Shown piece after piece: positions 1-10,638 of a stretch of DNA of 64,000 nt. The first letter of the stretch is position 1. Each line of letters starts with the position of its first letter. The translations under genes were made by a program, and so were the position numbers. Under the pieces are notes generated by a model. The model was not told the DNA's origin. It was given only the letters and a program-made list of their open reading frames with translations, and ran no database searches. The stretch spans positions 287,741 to 351,740 of the forward strand of contig OY970070.1 of NCBI GenBank assembly GCA_963705355.1, written 5' to 3'. This DNA comes from an uncultured Thermoplasmata archaeon (GTDB lineage Archaea; Thermoplasmatota; Thermoplasmata; UBA10834).

Positions 1-733
1 GTCCTTTCCCTACAACGAGCAGTCTCAGGTCGGGCTCCTTCGGCGCGAGCTCCACCATCGCCTTCAGTACTATGTCAAGCTGCTTCTCCTTCGAGAGACG
101 TCCGACGTGCAACAAAACTCGCTTGCCGCCAAGCCCGAACCGATCCAGGAATTTCTTGTCGTACTTCTCAGGCGAGAATCTCGAGCAATCCACGCCTGTC
201 GGCACGACTTCGCAGGATTTCATCACTACTCTGTTGTCAGCAAGCTCCTCCTTTGTCGGAGCCGACGGGACGACTACTACTTCGGGCCTTTTGAGGAGAT
301 TCCTCAGATAGACCCAGACTAGTTTGTCCAAGATGTCCTTACGAATCGGAAGAGGTGAATGATACTTCACTGCCTCATTGGCCATTGTGTGGAAGGTCAG
401 CACATGTGGCACTTTGAGAGCTCTCGCCGCCGTGAGACTCAGAATGGCCATGGATGCGAGACCGTGCGAGTGTATGACATCGACCTTCTCCTTCCGCAGG
501 TGCTCCAGCATGTCTGACGGGGAGACGACTATCCTGTATCCAGGGTAGGGCTTGAATTCTATCGACGGCAGGTAGTGAACTGGCCGGGTCGAATCGACCC
601 TCTGATTGGAATCAGGCGCGAGGACGATGACTTCATGGCCCCTCTTCTCGAGACCATGGGCTGCGAGTTCCATCGCCACGACAGCTCCGTCCACCGTTGG
701 ATGAAAGGAGTCCGCGAACATCGCGATCTTCAA
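1..733 (-). CDS. Glycosyltransferase family 4 (GT-B), runs off the window edge
   Basis: Manual translation from TTG at 733: LKIAMFADSFHPTVDGAV...GHEVIVLAP...DVIHSHG...VLTFHT, a typical GT4 N-terminal domain. Absent from the ORF track because it is truncated. Confidence 0.85.
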   Translation of the reverse strand, partial: MKIAMFADSFHPTVDGAVVAMELAAHGLEKRGHEVIVLAPDSNQRVDSTRPVHYLPSIEFKPYPGYRIVVSPSDMLEHLRKEKVDVIHSHGLASMAILSLTAARALKVPHVLTFHTMANEAVKYHSPLPIRKDILDKLVWVYLRNLLKRPEVVVVPSAPTKEELADNRVVMKSCEVVPTGVDCSRFSPEKYDKKFLDRFGLGGKRVLLHVGRLSKEKQLDIVLKAMVELAPKEPDLRLLVVGKG

Positions 734-737
734 TTGT

Positions 738-2063
738 TCACCTTGAGGACCGATTTGATTTGATTTTCTTGAGCTTAGAGATCACATCTTCGGGCGACTC
801 ACCTAACAACCTTATCATCGGTTCCTTTCCCACGCCGCCTTCATCGTATATGACATCGGGCGTCCCGCCGAATGCCTGGATCGCCTTGTGAACGCCCCAC
901 GTCATGGAAGATACGCCCTTGGGCTCCCTGGCTCTGTCAAATGTGGAAACTGACATTCCGGCCTTCCTACACGCTGTCAGGTTCTCCTTGGAATACTTCA
1001 TGTTGAGCGCGCATCTGGTGTCGGGGTCTTGTGAGGAGGCTGCCAGGATGATTCTCGCGATGTGCTTCGACGCCCCGAACCTGGCAGAGCCAACCTTTCT
1101 CGCGCCTGAGCCGACGCGCACTATTCGACCATCAAAGGCGGCGACCTCGTTAGGCTCCAGGGCTCCGAGAACCGCATAGCCCATGTTCGTTCCAACCTCT
1201 GGCAGGAGATTGGCATCCATGATTCGTTCCAGCTGCCGACCCACGTTCTCAAGCTCTTCCAACATGGCTGTCTTTCCGGCCTCGATCCTCAGCACTGCGA
1301 GCGGATTTGCACAGGGCACGCCTATCCCAACCTTCTCCCTTGCCAGGATCGCTTTGTATACCATTCCTTTGGACTTCCTGACCGCCTCCTCGAGTCCGTA
1401 TCCAAGGGCGACATGACCTGCTATGAGAGATGCGAATGCGCATCCCGTGCCATGGACTTCAGCCCGGACCCTTGGAGAGGATATCTTCGTTATCTTGTCT
1501 CCCACGAAGAGATAGTCCGCAGCCTCTTCTCCCTTGAGATGTCCTCCCTTCAACAACACTGCCTTTGGTCCGAACTCGAGGATCTCTCGCCCCGCTGTCT
1601 TTGCGGACCTCACGTCCATGACTTTCACTCCGGATAGTCTCGTAGCTTCGCCGAGATTGGGCGTAACCAAGTCGGTTATCGGCAAGAGCTTTGTGACCAG
1701 GGCCTCGACGAAGCCCTCTGCGTGGAGCGAGCTTCCGGTCGTGGCTGCCATGACGGGATCCACGATCAGAGGGCAGGTTATCTGCTTCAGCTTCGAAGCC
1801 ACGATCTTGACTATCTCGGCACTGTAGAGCATCCCCGTCTTCACGGCGTCAAGCTTGACGTCCTCAAGAACAGATTCGAGCTGACTCGCGACATGGGAAG
1901 GGGGAACGGGGAAGATGGAAGCCACTCTCTTAGTGTTCTGTGAAGTGACGCAGGTGACAACGGAGCAACCGTGAACGCCGACGGCTTCGAACGCCTTCAA
2001 GTCGGCCTGCAGCCCCGCACCCCCCACCGAATCAGAACCAGCGATTGTGAGAGCGTTTGGCAT
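738..2063 (-). CDS. thiDN: Bifunctional HMP/HMP-P kinase - thiamine phosphate synthase (ThiD-ThiN fusion)
   Basis: LTIAGSDSVGGAGLQADLK, VKTGML, DPVM, TPN, KGGH, HGTGC motifs; C-terminal ThiN domain (PEVGTN, FGASKH, PDVIYDEGGVGKEPMI). Confidence 0.95.
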   Translation of the reverse strand: MPNALTIAGSDSVGGAGLQADLKAFEAVGVHGCSVVTCVTSQNTKRVASIFPVPPSHVASQLESVLEDVKLDAVKTGMLYSAEIVKIVASKLKQITCPLIVDPVMAATTGSSLHAEGFVEALVTKLLPITDLVTPNLGEATRLSGVKVMDVRSAKTAGREILEFGPKAVLLKGGHLKGEEAADYLFVGDKITKISSPRVRAEVHGTGCAFASLIAGHVALGYGLEEAVRKSKGMVYKAILAREKVGIGVPCANPLAVLRIEAGKTAMLEELENVGRQLERIMDANLLPEVGTNMGYAVLGALEPNEVAAFDGRIVRVGSGARKVGSARFGASKHIARIILAASSQDPDTRCALNMKYSKENLTACRKAGMSVSTFDRAREPKGVSSMTWGVHKAIQAFGGTPDVIYDEGGVGKEPMIRLLGESPEDVISKLKKIKSNRSSR

Positions 2064-2169
2064 TGTTCACATCATGGACAACTGTCGATAAATGACTTGT
2101 GCCATTCATCTTCATCCGGCGCCACTGGCATTACTGTTAAATACGCGTGAGCCAATCAGAACGGCCACA

Positions 2170-2544
2170 ATGAAAGCTGAGACGGGCCACATCATTTTCA
2201 AGGACAAGTTCAAGTACAAGGATCTTCAGGACGTTTTCGAGGAGATTCTGGTCGCGTTCCTCGACGAAACGGACCAGATGCCGGACGAAGATGAGATACT
2301 CCAGATGTTCCTCGGAATCAACATGATGGACATCGAGAAGAATCGCAAGCCTGAGGGCTACAATCGAAGGGGCAGGATGAGGCTCGTGTTCCCTCTCTCC
2401 CAGGGGAAGAAGCAGTTCTATGTTCGAGCGGACTCGAAGACCGCGGAGACCATCAGGATAACCGAGCGTCTGAGCAAGATACTCAAGAAGGGTGGCATCC
2501 CGCACACCGTGGATTGGGACAAGCTTCAGGCGATCCAGCAGTGA
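2170..2544 (+). CDS. Hypothetical protein (~124 aa)
   Basis: Protein-like composition and native codon style; divergent from thiDN and upstream of the LUD gene. ATG at 2170 preferred. Confidence 0.7.
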   Translation: MKAETGHIIFKDKFKYKDLQDVFEEILVAFLDETDQMPDEDEILQMFLGINMMDIEKNRKPEGYNRRGRMRLVFPLSQGKKQFYVRADSKTAETIRITERLSKILKKGGIPHTVDWDKLQAIQQ

Positions 2545-2585
2545 CTTGTCGCTAGCCGGGACCGTACACTGCCCACAGAGGAACG

Positions 2586-4625
2586 ATGACCGAGGCGGAT
2601 TTGAGGGCGCGCATCAAGGAGGCCGTCGATGACAGGTCCACTCTCGATGGAATGAGGAAGTCCTTCAGGACCATATCGGCAAGGCAGAAGGAGAACGCTT
2701 CTAGGATTCCCGATCTTGAATCGCGCAAAGAGAGGCTTCGCAAGACGAAGGAGTTCTCAGTGGGTAATGAGGATTTATTCACATCGACCATCGCAGTTCT
2801 TCGAGACAACGGATTCAGGGTCGTGTTGGCGAAGACTGCTGAGGCGGCCATTAGGACGGTCAGGGACGAGCTCAAGGGATACAGTCTCGTCGTCAAATCC
2901 AAGTCAAACGTCACGAAGGAGCTACACCTCGCGGAGCGCCTCGAAAAGGAGGGCATCACAGTCATCGAGACTGACCTGGGAGACAGAATAGTCCAGCTCC
3001 AGGGATGTGCCCCCGTTCATCCGACTGGCCCTGCTTGCCATCTGACGAGAAAGCAGATCTCAAAACTGTTCTCCAAGCACTTCGGGAAAAACGTGTCAGA
3101 GGACCCGATGGAGCTTACGGAAGCCATGAGGAAGGAGATCGCCTCGTACCTCTCCGAAGCGAAGGTGGGGATCACCGGGGCAAACGCGATAGCCGCGTGT
3201 GAAGGTGCTGTCGTGATCGTTCACAACGAGGGGAATGCAGCCAAGTGCGCCATGTTGCCTGACAAGCACATCATCATCACCACTCCGGAGAAAATCGTAC
3301 CCGACCTCGATGACGCCGTCAATGTGACGAAACTCCAGACCTACCTTTCCACTGGGAAGATCGTGAGCTCGTACATCAACATCATAACTGGCCCGAGCTA
3401 CACCTCCGATATCGAGAAGCAGGTGTACAAAGGGATGCACGGACCAAAAGACGTGGTGATCATTTTCGTCGACGATGGCCGGCTCGAAGCTGCGGACAAG
3501 GAGGCGCAGTACTGCATAGGCTGCGGGATGTGTCTGTTGCATTGCCCGACCTACAACGTGGTCGGGCCGGTGTTCGGCGGCTCGGGTCACATGGGTGGAA
3601 TCGGCGCATACCTCGAGGGCTCTAGGGGGAAGGTCGATGAATCCTTGAAAAGTGGACTGTACTTGTGCACTTCGTGCGGGGCTTGCATCGAGGTCTGCCC
3701 TACGCGGGTTGATACCAAAAAGGGAATAATGGATATAAGATCTCGCGCGAGAATGCTCAAAAAGGGTGAAGTGCCTGAACGGTCTGCGTTGGTCGCCAGC
3801 GTAAGAAACTACGACAATCCCTGGCAGGTTCCGAGGACCAAGAAGTCAAAGTGGGCTGAAGGGCTCGGGCTCAAAGCAGAAGGAAAAGTATTGTATTTCG
3901 CTGGCTGTTCCACATCTCTGCTGTTTCCAGAATCAGCCATGCGCGTCGTTCGAATCATGAGAGCTCTGGGCGCAGAGCCAGCATATCTTGGCCAGGACGA
4001 GAAGTGCTGTGGATCAACCCTTCGGAAGCTGGGTGAAGAAGAGTTGGCGCGGTCGAAGGCAGAAGCCTGCTTCGAGGATTTCAAGAAGACGGGGGCGAAG
4101 CTCGTCGTCACCTCGTGTCCTGGCTGCTCGTCTGCGCTCAATCACTATCCGGGCCTCTTGGAAGCTTCTGGTGTCAGGGTCCAGCACATCTCTCAGTTCC
4201 TCGATGAGAATCTGTCAGAGGCCACATGTTCGCCTTCAAGAGACCTCGGGGACGTTACATTCCACGACCCTTGCGACCTCGGCCGAGCACAGGGAGTGTA
4301 CGAAGAGCCACGACGAGTGCTGGCGAAGATCCTTGGGCGCAATCCAATTGAGATGGAGTTGTCGAAGAAGAACAGTGCGTGCTGTGGTTCTGGCTCCGGT
4401 GTGAAGTCGGTTTATCCCGATCTCGCCAAGGCAATCGGTCAAGACAGGATAGCGATGGCGAAGGCCGCCGGCGCGAGCGTGATTGTCACCTCGTGTCCCT
4501 GGTGCGAACAGAACCTGAGGGACTCGCAATGCGACAGCCCGGAGATTGCGGTGATGGACCTCGTCGAAGTTGTGGAGAAGTCGCTGGCGGAGAACGCTCT
4601 GAAAAGGTCAACAACGCGGGGCTGA
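2586..4625 (+). CDS. LUD-domain/4Fe-4S/CCG-domain oxidoreductase (LutB-LutA-like fusion)
   Basis: VKSKS, ETDLG, NEGN, ITGPS..DIEK..GMHGP (LUD); two CxxCxxCxxxCP motifs; two CCG domains (YFAGC, CCG, SCPGC, HDPC, CCG, SCPWC). Confidence 0.9.
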   Translation: MTEADLRARIKEAVDDRSTLDGMRKSFRTISARQKENASRIPDLESRKERLRKTKEFSVGNEDLFTSTIAVLRDNGFRVVLAKTAEAAIRTVRDELKGYSLVVKSKSNVTKELHLAERLEKEGITVIETDLGDRIVQLQGCAPVHPTGPACHLTRKQISKLFSKHFGKNVSEDPMELTEAMRKEIASYLSEAKVGITGANAIAACEGAVVIVHNEGNAAKCAMLPDKHIIITTPEKIVPDLDDAVNVTKLQTYLSTGKIVSSYINIITGPSYTSDIEKQVYKGMHGPKDVVIIFVDDGRLEAADKEAQYCIGCGMCLLHCPTYNVVGPVFGGSGHMGGIGAYLEGSRGKVDESLKSGLYLCTSCGACIEVCPTRVDTKKGIMDIRSRARMLKKGEVPERSALVASVRNYDNPWQVPRTKKSKWAEGLGLKAEGKVLYFAGCSTSLLFPESAMRVVRIMRALGAEPAYLGQDEKCCGSTLRKLGEEELARSKAEACFEDFKKTGAKLVVTSCPGCSSALNHYPGLLEASGVRVQHISQFLDENLSEATCSPSRDLGDVTFHDPCDLGRAQGVYEEPRRVLAKILGRNPIEMELSKKNSACCGSGSGVKSVYPDLAKAIGQDRIAMAKAAGASVIVTSCPWCEQNLRDSQCDSPEIAVMDLVEVVEKSLAENALKRSTTRG

Positions 4626-4632
4626 TTCATCC

Positions 4633-5193
4633 TTAGTTCCTACGAAGAAGATGTTCTCCGACCGTCGTGTAAGTTGGGCCTTTGGGGCTGAGCACGCTCT
4701 TTTTGAGGATAATTCTGTCGACTTCGTACTCCCCGTAGTCCGACGCTGCATTTGCCCTCAGCATCTCCTGCACGTTGATTATGTTCTTCGAACTCCTGGT
4801 TCTTGCCAGAGTGAGATGAGGGACGAAGCCCTTCGTATCCCTCACGAACCCAAGGTCCGCCATCGAGCTGTCCAGCCTGTCTGCAATTTGCGTCAGGACT
4901 GCCCCGTCTTCGATTCCGACCCACACGACGCGGATGTTCGACATCGACGGGAAGGCACCCATCCCTTTCATACGTATGGTGAAAGGTTCAAAACCATCCG
5001 AGGCGGCTCCGATCCTGGCCATGATGTCATCGATGAGCGCCTCATCGGCATCGCCCAGGAATTTCAGAGTGAGGTGGAGCAAGTCGGTCTTGACGATCTT
5101 GAGATCAGCCCGCGACCGCTGCAGCTCGCTCACTGCGGAGACAAGCATATCACTCGGTTGAATGTCCACTGAGATGAACGCCCTGAATTTCAC
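4633..5193 (-). CDS. thpR: RNA 2',3'-cyclic phosphodiesterase (2H family, LigT)
   Basis: RAFIS, HLTLKFLG and PHLTLAR 2H motifs, SVLSPKGPTY end. Confidence 0.93.
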   Translation of the reverse strand: MKFRAFISVDIQPSDMLVSAVSELQRSRADLKIVKTDLLHLTLKFLGDADEALIDDIMARIGAASDGFEPFTIRMKGMGAFPSMSNIRVVWVGIEDGAVLTQIADRLDSSMADLGFVRDTKGFVPHLTLARTRSSKNIINVQEMLRANAASDYGEYEVDRIILKKSVLSPKGPTYTTVGEHLLRRN

Positions 5194-5261
5194 AGGTACC
5201 GGATGGGCTACTCATTCTCATATGCCTTACACTGAGAGCACGCCTTGCGTTCATCGCGCCA

Positions 5262-6032
5262 CTATCCATAACGAGGCTGTTGCTTGTCGAGATACCTGAT
5301 TTTCGACCTCACGATGGAGATGCCCACAACAGCTATCGCGAAAGCCGCCACGAGGCCAATCAAATAGGCCGAGGGTCCGAGCTTCGATTCCGACAGCGAA
5401 CCGAAAGACGCAGCCAGGTTGAAGATTCCATGCATCGCCACCCCCGCAAGATAGTAGGGGAACCAGCTCTTTCCTTGGCGGGTGCTTCTGGCTATGCCGA
5501 GTCCGATTACGGAAGTCGTGCTCGCATGGAGCAACGCAGAGGACAAGCTCCTGATGATTGTAGTCGCGATGAACGCCTTTGCGCCGTCCGAGAAATAGGC
5601 GTTGCCCTCGTACAAGAGGTTCTCAGTGGCTGCGAATCCGAGACCAGCTGCTGCGCCGAACACGATGCCATCCTCGAGTTCTGCGATGAACCTCCTGTTC
5701 CTCAACACGCCTATCGATTTGGTGAACTCCTCTGCGAAAGGCGCAATGATCACAGCCAGCAGAAGGGACCCGAGATTCGGATTGTGACCCAGTATATCCG
5801 TGACTCTCTCGAAGTTCATGTTCAGGAGGGCGATCAGGACAGCTTCTATGACCACGGCAATGATTACCGATATGACCGCACCATAGGCGAATATCCTCAG
5901 GAGTCTGGAATACGGTTCACGGCCGTATCTCTCAGTATTCCTGATCCACACGAGGTATACGAGCGAAGGGACAAAGGCTGCAGCTAAGAGAACTAAGACA
6001 TCTGTGAACTGCAGGGCCATCCGGTCACTCAT
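5262..6032 (-). CDS. PrsW-family intramembrane metalloprotease
   Basis: REP, PFAEEFTK, GLGFAATEN, LLHA, AMHGIFN motifs in a multi-TM protein. Confidence 0.9.
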   Translation of the reverse strand: MSDRMALQFTDVLVLLAAAFVPSLVYLVWIRNTERYGREPYSRLLRIFAYGAVISVIIAVVIEAVLIALLNMNFERVTDILGHNPNLGSLLLAVIIAPFAEEFTKSIGVLRNRRFIAELEDGIVFGAAAGLGFAATENLLYEGNAYFSDGAKAFIATTIIRSLSSALLHASTTSVIGLGIARSTRQGKSWFPYYLAGVAMHGIFNLAASFGSLSESKLGPSAYLIGLVAAFAIAVVGISIVRSKIRYLDKQQPRYG

Positions 6033-6161
6033 GGGCTGGAGCAATCGTTCGGTATATCAAACTTGGCGGATGGAGATGGGAACTATCGGAAAAATGAGAA
6101 TTGGTCGACCCTTTGCAGGGGCATTAGGGTCTGTTGCCGAAGGGTGAATCCTCAAGGCGTC

Positions 6162-6341
6162 CTACTTCTTCTCTTCGACAGAGATCGCATTGTTCGGGCA
6201 TTCGTCGACGCATGCCGCACAGTCAAGGCACTTCTTTTCGTCCACGACCGCAACGTCTTCAACCGTGATGGCTCCTTCTGGACAGATATCCACGCAGGCA
6301 CCGCAAGCGACGCATTCGTCCTTGTTGATCTTTGCTGGCAT
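6162..6341 (-). CDS. 2[4Fe-4S] ferredoxin (59 aa)
   Basis: Manual translation [59 protein letters not shown]; below the ORF-track cut-off; GGAGG upstream. Confidence 0.93.
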   Translation of the reverse strand: MPAKINKDECVACGACVDICPEGAITVEDVAVVDEKKCLDCAACVDECPNNAISVEEKK

Positions 6342-6531
6342 CCGAATACCTCCAAGTCCTTGGGCTCAGGAATTCCTCCCCAGATATAAACGTTCCCGAC
6401 CCAATGGCATATTGCGTTATTTTTAGGCTTAGGACACCATAAATCTCTGGACGGGAGCGTTTTGTCGCTTCCCGCGAAACGAGGTCTGAAATCCTTCATT
6501 CTATTGGCAAATTATTAGAAAGAAGTATTCC

Positions 6532-7641
6532 ATGGAGCAAGGAGTGGTGATGAAAGAGACCCTCGTGGGCAGATGGCTCCTGACGTATGATGGAGCAGTC
6601 AAGGGATTCCTCAGAATCGAGGAGGATACGGTGAGTGAGGTTTGTCTGGGCGAACCTCCATCCAGATCGTCCAAGACGATCATACTTCCGTCCTTCGTGA
6701 ACGCGCATACGCACATCGGCGACGCAGTGGCTTTCCCAGCACCCAAAGGTTCAATAGACGAGCTTGTGGGCCCTGATGGCTACAAGCACAGAGCGTTGCG
6801 TTCCACGCCAAGAGAGTCGAGGATTGCCGCCATGAACAAGGCGGCCAGATTCATGGCCTCGACGGGCACCTCATTATTCGTCGATTTCCGAGAGGGCGGG
6901 CTCGAGGGCCTCAGGGAACTATCCGAGGCGCTCGGGGAAAACTGCCTGAAGGCGGTTGTCCTGGGCAGACCGTTGGGTCTTGAGATCACAGAACGCGAAG
7001 TCAGGTCCATGCTCGATACATGCGACGGCATCGGCTTGAGCGCTTATCGAGACTGGCCAGCGGACTTCGTCAAGATCATCTCGAGGGCAGTGACATCCAG
7101 ACGGAAGATGTTCGCTCTCCATGCCAGCGAGGCGGTCCACGAGGACATCGACCCGATCCTGGACCTGAAACCATCCTTCCTCGTTCACATGACATCTGCT
7201 CGTGAGACTGATATGGCCGCTTGCGCGAGCGAGAGGGTCCCGATAGTAGTTTGTCCGCGCTCCAACGAGTTCTTCGGTCTCTGCCCTGAGATTCCACAGA
7301 TGCTCAGGTTGGGTATCACTTTGGGCCTCGGGACAGACAATTGCATGATCTCGAAGCCGGATGTTATTGAAGAGCTGAAGGCCGCTTTCAGGATGAGCAA
7401 GAAGAAGGGGGGAATATCCCCCCTGGAAGCGGTTCGGATGGCGACATTCTGCGGGCGCAAAGTCTTAAGTGCGACGGGGAATATAGCTACGGAAATCGGC
7501 ATCAAGGACGATCTGACAGTCATGAGGGTGGGCGGAGAAGACCCGTTGCACGATCTTGTGACTGCTGGAAGTTCTGAAAACATCCAGGTGATCATCCGCG
7601 GAGGAAAGGTGCGGTGGAGGTCTGAGACTTGGACGAAATAA
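6532..7641 (+). CDS. Amidohydrolase family protein (deaminase-like)
   Basis: PSFVNAHTHIGD, LHASE, LVHMT, CPRSN, LGTDN motifs. Confidence 0.9.
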   Translation: MEQGVVMKETLVGRWLLTYDGAVKGFLRIEEDTVSEVCLGEPPSRSSKTIILPSFVNAHTHIGDAVAFPAPKGSIDELVGPDGYKHRALRSTPRESRIAAMNKAARFMASTGTSLFVDFREGGLEGLRELSEALGENCLKAVVLGRPLGLEITEREVRSMLDTCDGIGLSAYRDWPADFVKIISRAVTSRRKMFALHASEAVHEDIDPILDLKPSFLVHMTSARETDMAACASERVPIVVCPRSNEFFGLCPEIPQMLRLGITLGLGTDNCMISKPDVIEELKAAFRMSKKKGGISPLEAVRMATFCGRKVLSATGNIATEIGIKDDLTVMRVGGEDPLHDLVTAGSSENIQVIIRGGKVRWRSETWTK

Positions 7642-8066
7642 GGAAGATACTCATAGCGACAGACGGTTCTGAGTACACCAAGGAGGCGGTGTCTACCGGC
7701 CTGCATCTCGCGAAGATCCTTGGGGCCGAGGTCACCGCGCTCTATGTCATCGACCAAACATCGTTCGTGAGCTTTCCCATCGATTCCTCCATAGTTAGCG
7801 TGTACTCCCTCCTCGAGAACGAGGGCAAGCGCGCGGTGGATGAGGTGAGAAAAGAGGGCGAGGGGCAAGGGGTCAAAGTGACTCCTGTGGTCGTCGAGGG
7901 CTCTCCGACTAGGAAGATCGTCGAGGTGGCGGCCGACTTCGATCTCGTTGTCATAGGCACCCTGGGTCGGTCCGCCCTGTCGAAGCTGTTCATGGGGAGC
8001 GTCGCGGAGAGGGTTACCAGATACGCACCCTGTCCAGTCCTCGTCGTGAGGAGCAGGAAGAGGTGA
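7629..8066 (+). CDS. Universal stress protein
   Basis: KILIATDGS, DLVVIGTLG...MGSVAERV..APCPVLVV. Confidence 0.93.
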   Translation: MDEIRKILIATDGSEYTKEAVSTGLHLAKILGAEVTALYVIDQTSFVSFPIDSSIVSVYSLLENEGKRAVDEVRKEGEGQGVKVTPVVVEGSPTRKIVEVAADFDLVVIGTLGRSALSKLFMGSVAERVTRYAPCPVLVVRSRKR

Positions 8067-8917
8067 CTCACGACATGAAGGTCCGAGAGGTCATGACCGA
8101 GAATCCGATCATCGCCGAGCTCCCCGGGACCAGGACCGAGGTTCTGAAGAGGCTGGTGAAGAACAACATAACGGGCCTGCCCGTTGTGAAGAGCGATGAC
8201 GGGTCCTTGGCGGGGTTCGTCACCAGGCAGGATATTTTCGCGAAGCCCGACGAGGAGCAGCTCGCCCTCGTAATGAGGCGAGACGTTCCTTCGATAGGCC
8301 CCAATGCAAGCGTCAAGGACGCGGCAAGGGCTCTCGTCGACAACCATCTCAGCCATCTGCCTGTGGTCGATAAAGGAAAGCTCGTGGGCGTGATCACGCC
8401 CACGGATCTGCTGATAGTCGTTGAGAAGGACAACCCGCAGATTGCAGTCGAGGAGATCGTGCGATCACCTTGCATTCCGATTTACAACGGCGCTCCTCTG
8501 TCAGTCGCGCTTGCGACGTTCAGGGGCGCGAAGGTGTATGCATTGCCCGTTCTGGACGACGATGCGAAATTGGTCGGGATAATCACGGACAGAGACATCT
8601 TCAACCAGACAGTGGTTGACAGCTCGGTCGTCATGAGCGACCTGGGAATAGGCGATGACGAGGACAACTGGACCTGGGAGGGCCTCAGAAACGTGATGAA
8701 GCTCTGGTACGAGGTGTCCAGGGTCGACTTGCCGAAGCTGACAGTGAAGGACATCATGATCAAGAACCCGATGACTGTGTTCAGGAAGACTCTAGTTGGG
8801 GACGCCGCTCGCATCATGAGGAAAAACGATTTCGGGCAGCTTCCTGTCAGGGACTCAAAGGACAACCTCGTGGCGATGGTTTATGATATAGATGTGGTAT
8901 CCACGCTCACAAAGTGA
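8063..8917 (+). CDS. CBS-domain protein (4 CBS)
   Basis: Repeated VREVMT/LPVVD/LVGIITxxD CBS motifs. Confidence 0.92.
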   Translation: MTHDMKVREVMTENPIIAELPGTRTEVLKRLVKNNITGLPVVKSDDGSLAGFVTRQDIFAKPDEEQLALVMRRDVPSIGPNASVKDAARALVDNHLSHLPVVDKGKLVGVITPTDLLIVVEKDNPQIAVEEIVRSPCIPIYNGAPLSVALATFRGAKVYALPVLDDDAKLVGIITDRDIFNQTVVDSSVVMSDLGIGDDEDNWTWEGLRNVMKLWYEVSRVDLPKLTVKDIMIKNPMTVFRKTLVGDAARIMRKNDFGQLPVRDSKDNLVAMVYDIDVVSTLTK

Positions 8918-8923
8918 TGCACA

Positions 8924-10621
8924 ATGGATCCCCAGGAGCTACTGTCCCTCTGCAAACGCAGGGGATTTCTATGGCCGGCATACGACATCTACGGAGCGGT
9001 TGCGGGCCTCTATGACTACGGCCCTTTGGGCGCGGCCCTCAAGAGCAACATAGAGAACTACTGGAGGGCATTGTACGTCCTGGGCGAGGGCTTTCAGGAG
9101 ATATCATGTCCAATACTCGCCCCAGAGCCGGTATTCAAGGCTTCAGGGCATTTGGACGCCTTCTCTGACATGTATGTCGAGTGCACCAACTGCGGTGAGA
9201 CCTACCGCGCGGATCATCTTGCCGGTGGCCTGCACGACAACCCGGCGTCGTTGAGCGAAGAGAAGCTGAGGAGCTTGCTCATGGACAATGATGTGAGATG
9301 CCCCGAGTGCAAGGGCGAGCTCACGGCGCCCAAGCGCTTCAGCCTGATGTTCAAGACCTCGATAGGTGCCGGCAAGGGCAAGACGGCCTACCTGAGACCG
9401 GAAACAGCTCAGGGGATGTTTGTCAACTTCTCCCAGATCTACAGGCACGGCCGGGAGAAGCTGCCTGTGGGTGCTGTCCAGATCGGCCGATCGTTCAGGA
9501 ACGAGATATCTCCCCGCCAAGGGCTCTTGAGGCTCAGGGAGTTTTCGATGATGGAGGCCGAGCTTTTTGTGCACCCTGACGAGAAATCATGGCCCAGATT
9601 CAAAGAGGTCAAACATGAGAAGCTCCTGCTCGTTCCTAACGGCGGTGCACCCCGGACGATGACCTTGGATGAGGCCGTGAGATCCAAAGTGATCGTGAAC
9701 GAGATCCTTGCATACTTCATCTGGCTGACCCACAAGTTCGCCGTAGACATCGGGATGGATCCCAAGCGGCTCAGGTTTAGGCAGCACTTGAAGACTGAGA
9801 TGGCTCACTACGCAGCAGACTGCTGGGACCTCGAGGCCGAGATAGGATACGGCTGGGTCGAGATGGTCGGCGTCGCTGATCGCGGGAGCTACGATGTGCA
9901 GGCTCATATCAACCACTCAGGCGCGGACCTGACGGCATTCGAGCGGTTCGACGAGCCGAAAGAGGTGGAGCAGGAAGTGGTCAAGCCGAACTTCGGCGCG
10001 CTCGGGCCGCTCTTCAAGGGCAAAGCGAAACAGGTCGCCGAGGCCCTCGCGAAGATGACCGCAGGTTCTGTGAAGGGAAAGAAGGAGATCTCTGTGGAAA
10101 TCGGCGGGGAGAGACTGCAAGTTCCCTCCTCGTGTTTCGAGGTCTCCACAAGGAAGGAGAAGGTGTCCGGCCGAAAACTGGTCCCGCACGTGATTGAACC
10201 GTCTTACGGTGTGGACCGGATGCTGTACGCGGTGCTCGATCATTCGTATTGGAAGAAAGATGATTACGTCACCCTGCGGCTCAAGGGCCTCGTGGCGCCG
10301 ATCAAAGTCGGCGTGTTCCCGCTGATGGCCAAGGATGGTCTCGACGAGATAGCATCCAGGATTCTCGAAGCGGTCTTAAGGGCTGGCTTCGCGGCGTACT
10401 ACGATGATTCAGGATCGATTGGCCGTCGCTATGCGCGGATGGATGAGGTTGGGACGCCTTGCTGCGTGACCGTCGACTATGACACCAAGACCGACGGGAC
10501 CGTGACAATCAGAGAGAGGGATTCGGCCGATCAGATACGGATCAAGCAGGAGCTAGTGCCTAGGGCCGTCGGCGCGCTTCTCTCTGGAGCGAATCTTGGA
10601 TCCCTACCCAAACTGAAGTGA
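8924..10621 (+). CDS. glyS: Glycine--tRNA ligase (archaeal/eukaryal type)
   Basis: YDYGPLG, ASGH, YLRPETAQG, FRNEISPRQGLLRLREF, EPSYGVDR, SIGRRYAR.DEVG. Confidence 0.97.
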   Translation: MDPQELLSLCKRRGFLWPAYDIYGAVAGLYDYGPLGAALKSNIENYWRALYVLGEGFQEISCPILAPEPVFKASGHLDAFSDMYVECTNCGETYRADHLAGGLHDNPASLSEEKLRSLLMDNDVRCPECKGELTAPKRFSLMFKTSIGAGKGKTAYLRPETAQGMFVNFSQIYRHGREKLPVGAVQIGRSFRNEISPRQGLLRLREFSMMEAELFVHPDEKSWPRFKEVKHEKLLLVPNGGAPRTMTLDEAVRSKVIVNEILAYFIWLTHKFAVDIGMDPKRLRFRQHLKTEMAHYAADCWDLEAEIGYGWVEMVGVADRGSYDVQAHINHSGADLTAFERFDEPKEVEQEVVKPNFGALGPLFKGKAKQVAEALAKMTAGSVKGKKEISVEIGGERLQVPSSCFEVSTRKEKVSGRKLVPHVIEPSYGVDRMLYAVLDHSYWKKDDYVTLRLKGLVAPIKVGVFPLMAKDGLDEIASRILEAVLRAGFAAYYDDSGSIGRRYARMDEVGTPCCVTVDYDTKTDGTVTIRERDSADQIRIKQELVPRAVGALLSGANLGSLPKLK

Positions 10622-10638
10622 GGAGAAGAAGGTCCGAC

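Noticed and set aside
6063..6499. ORF-track ORFs 6063-6389, 6152-6499 and 6190-6426
   Set aside because: Shadow frames of the real 59-aa ferredoxin at 6162-6341.
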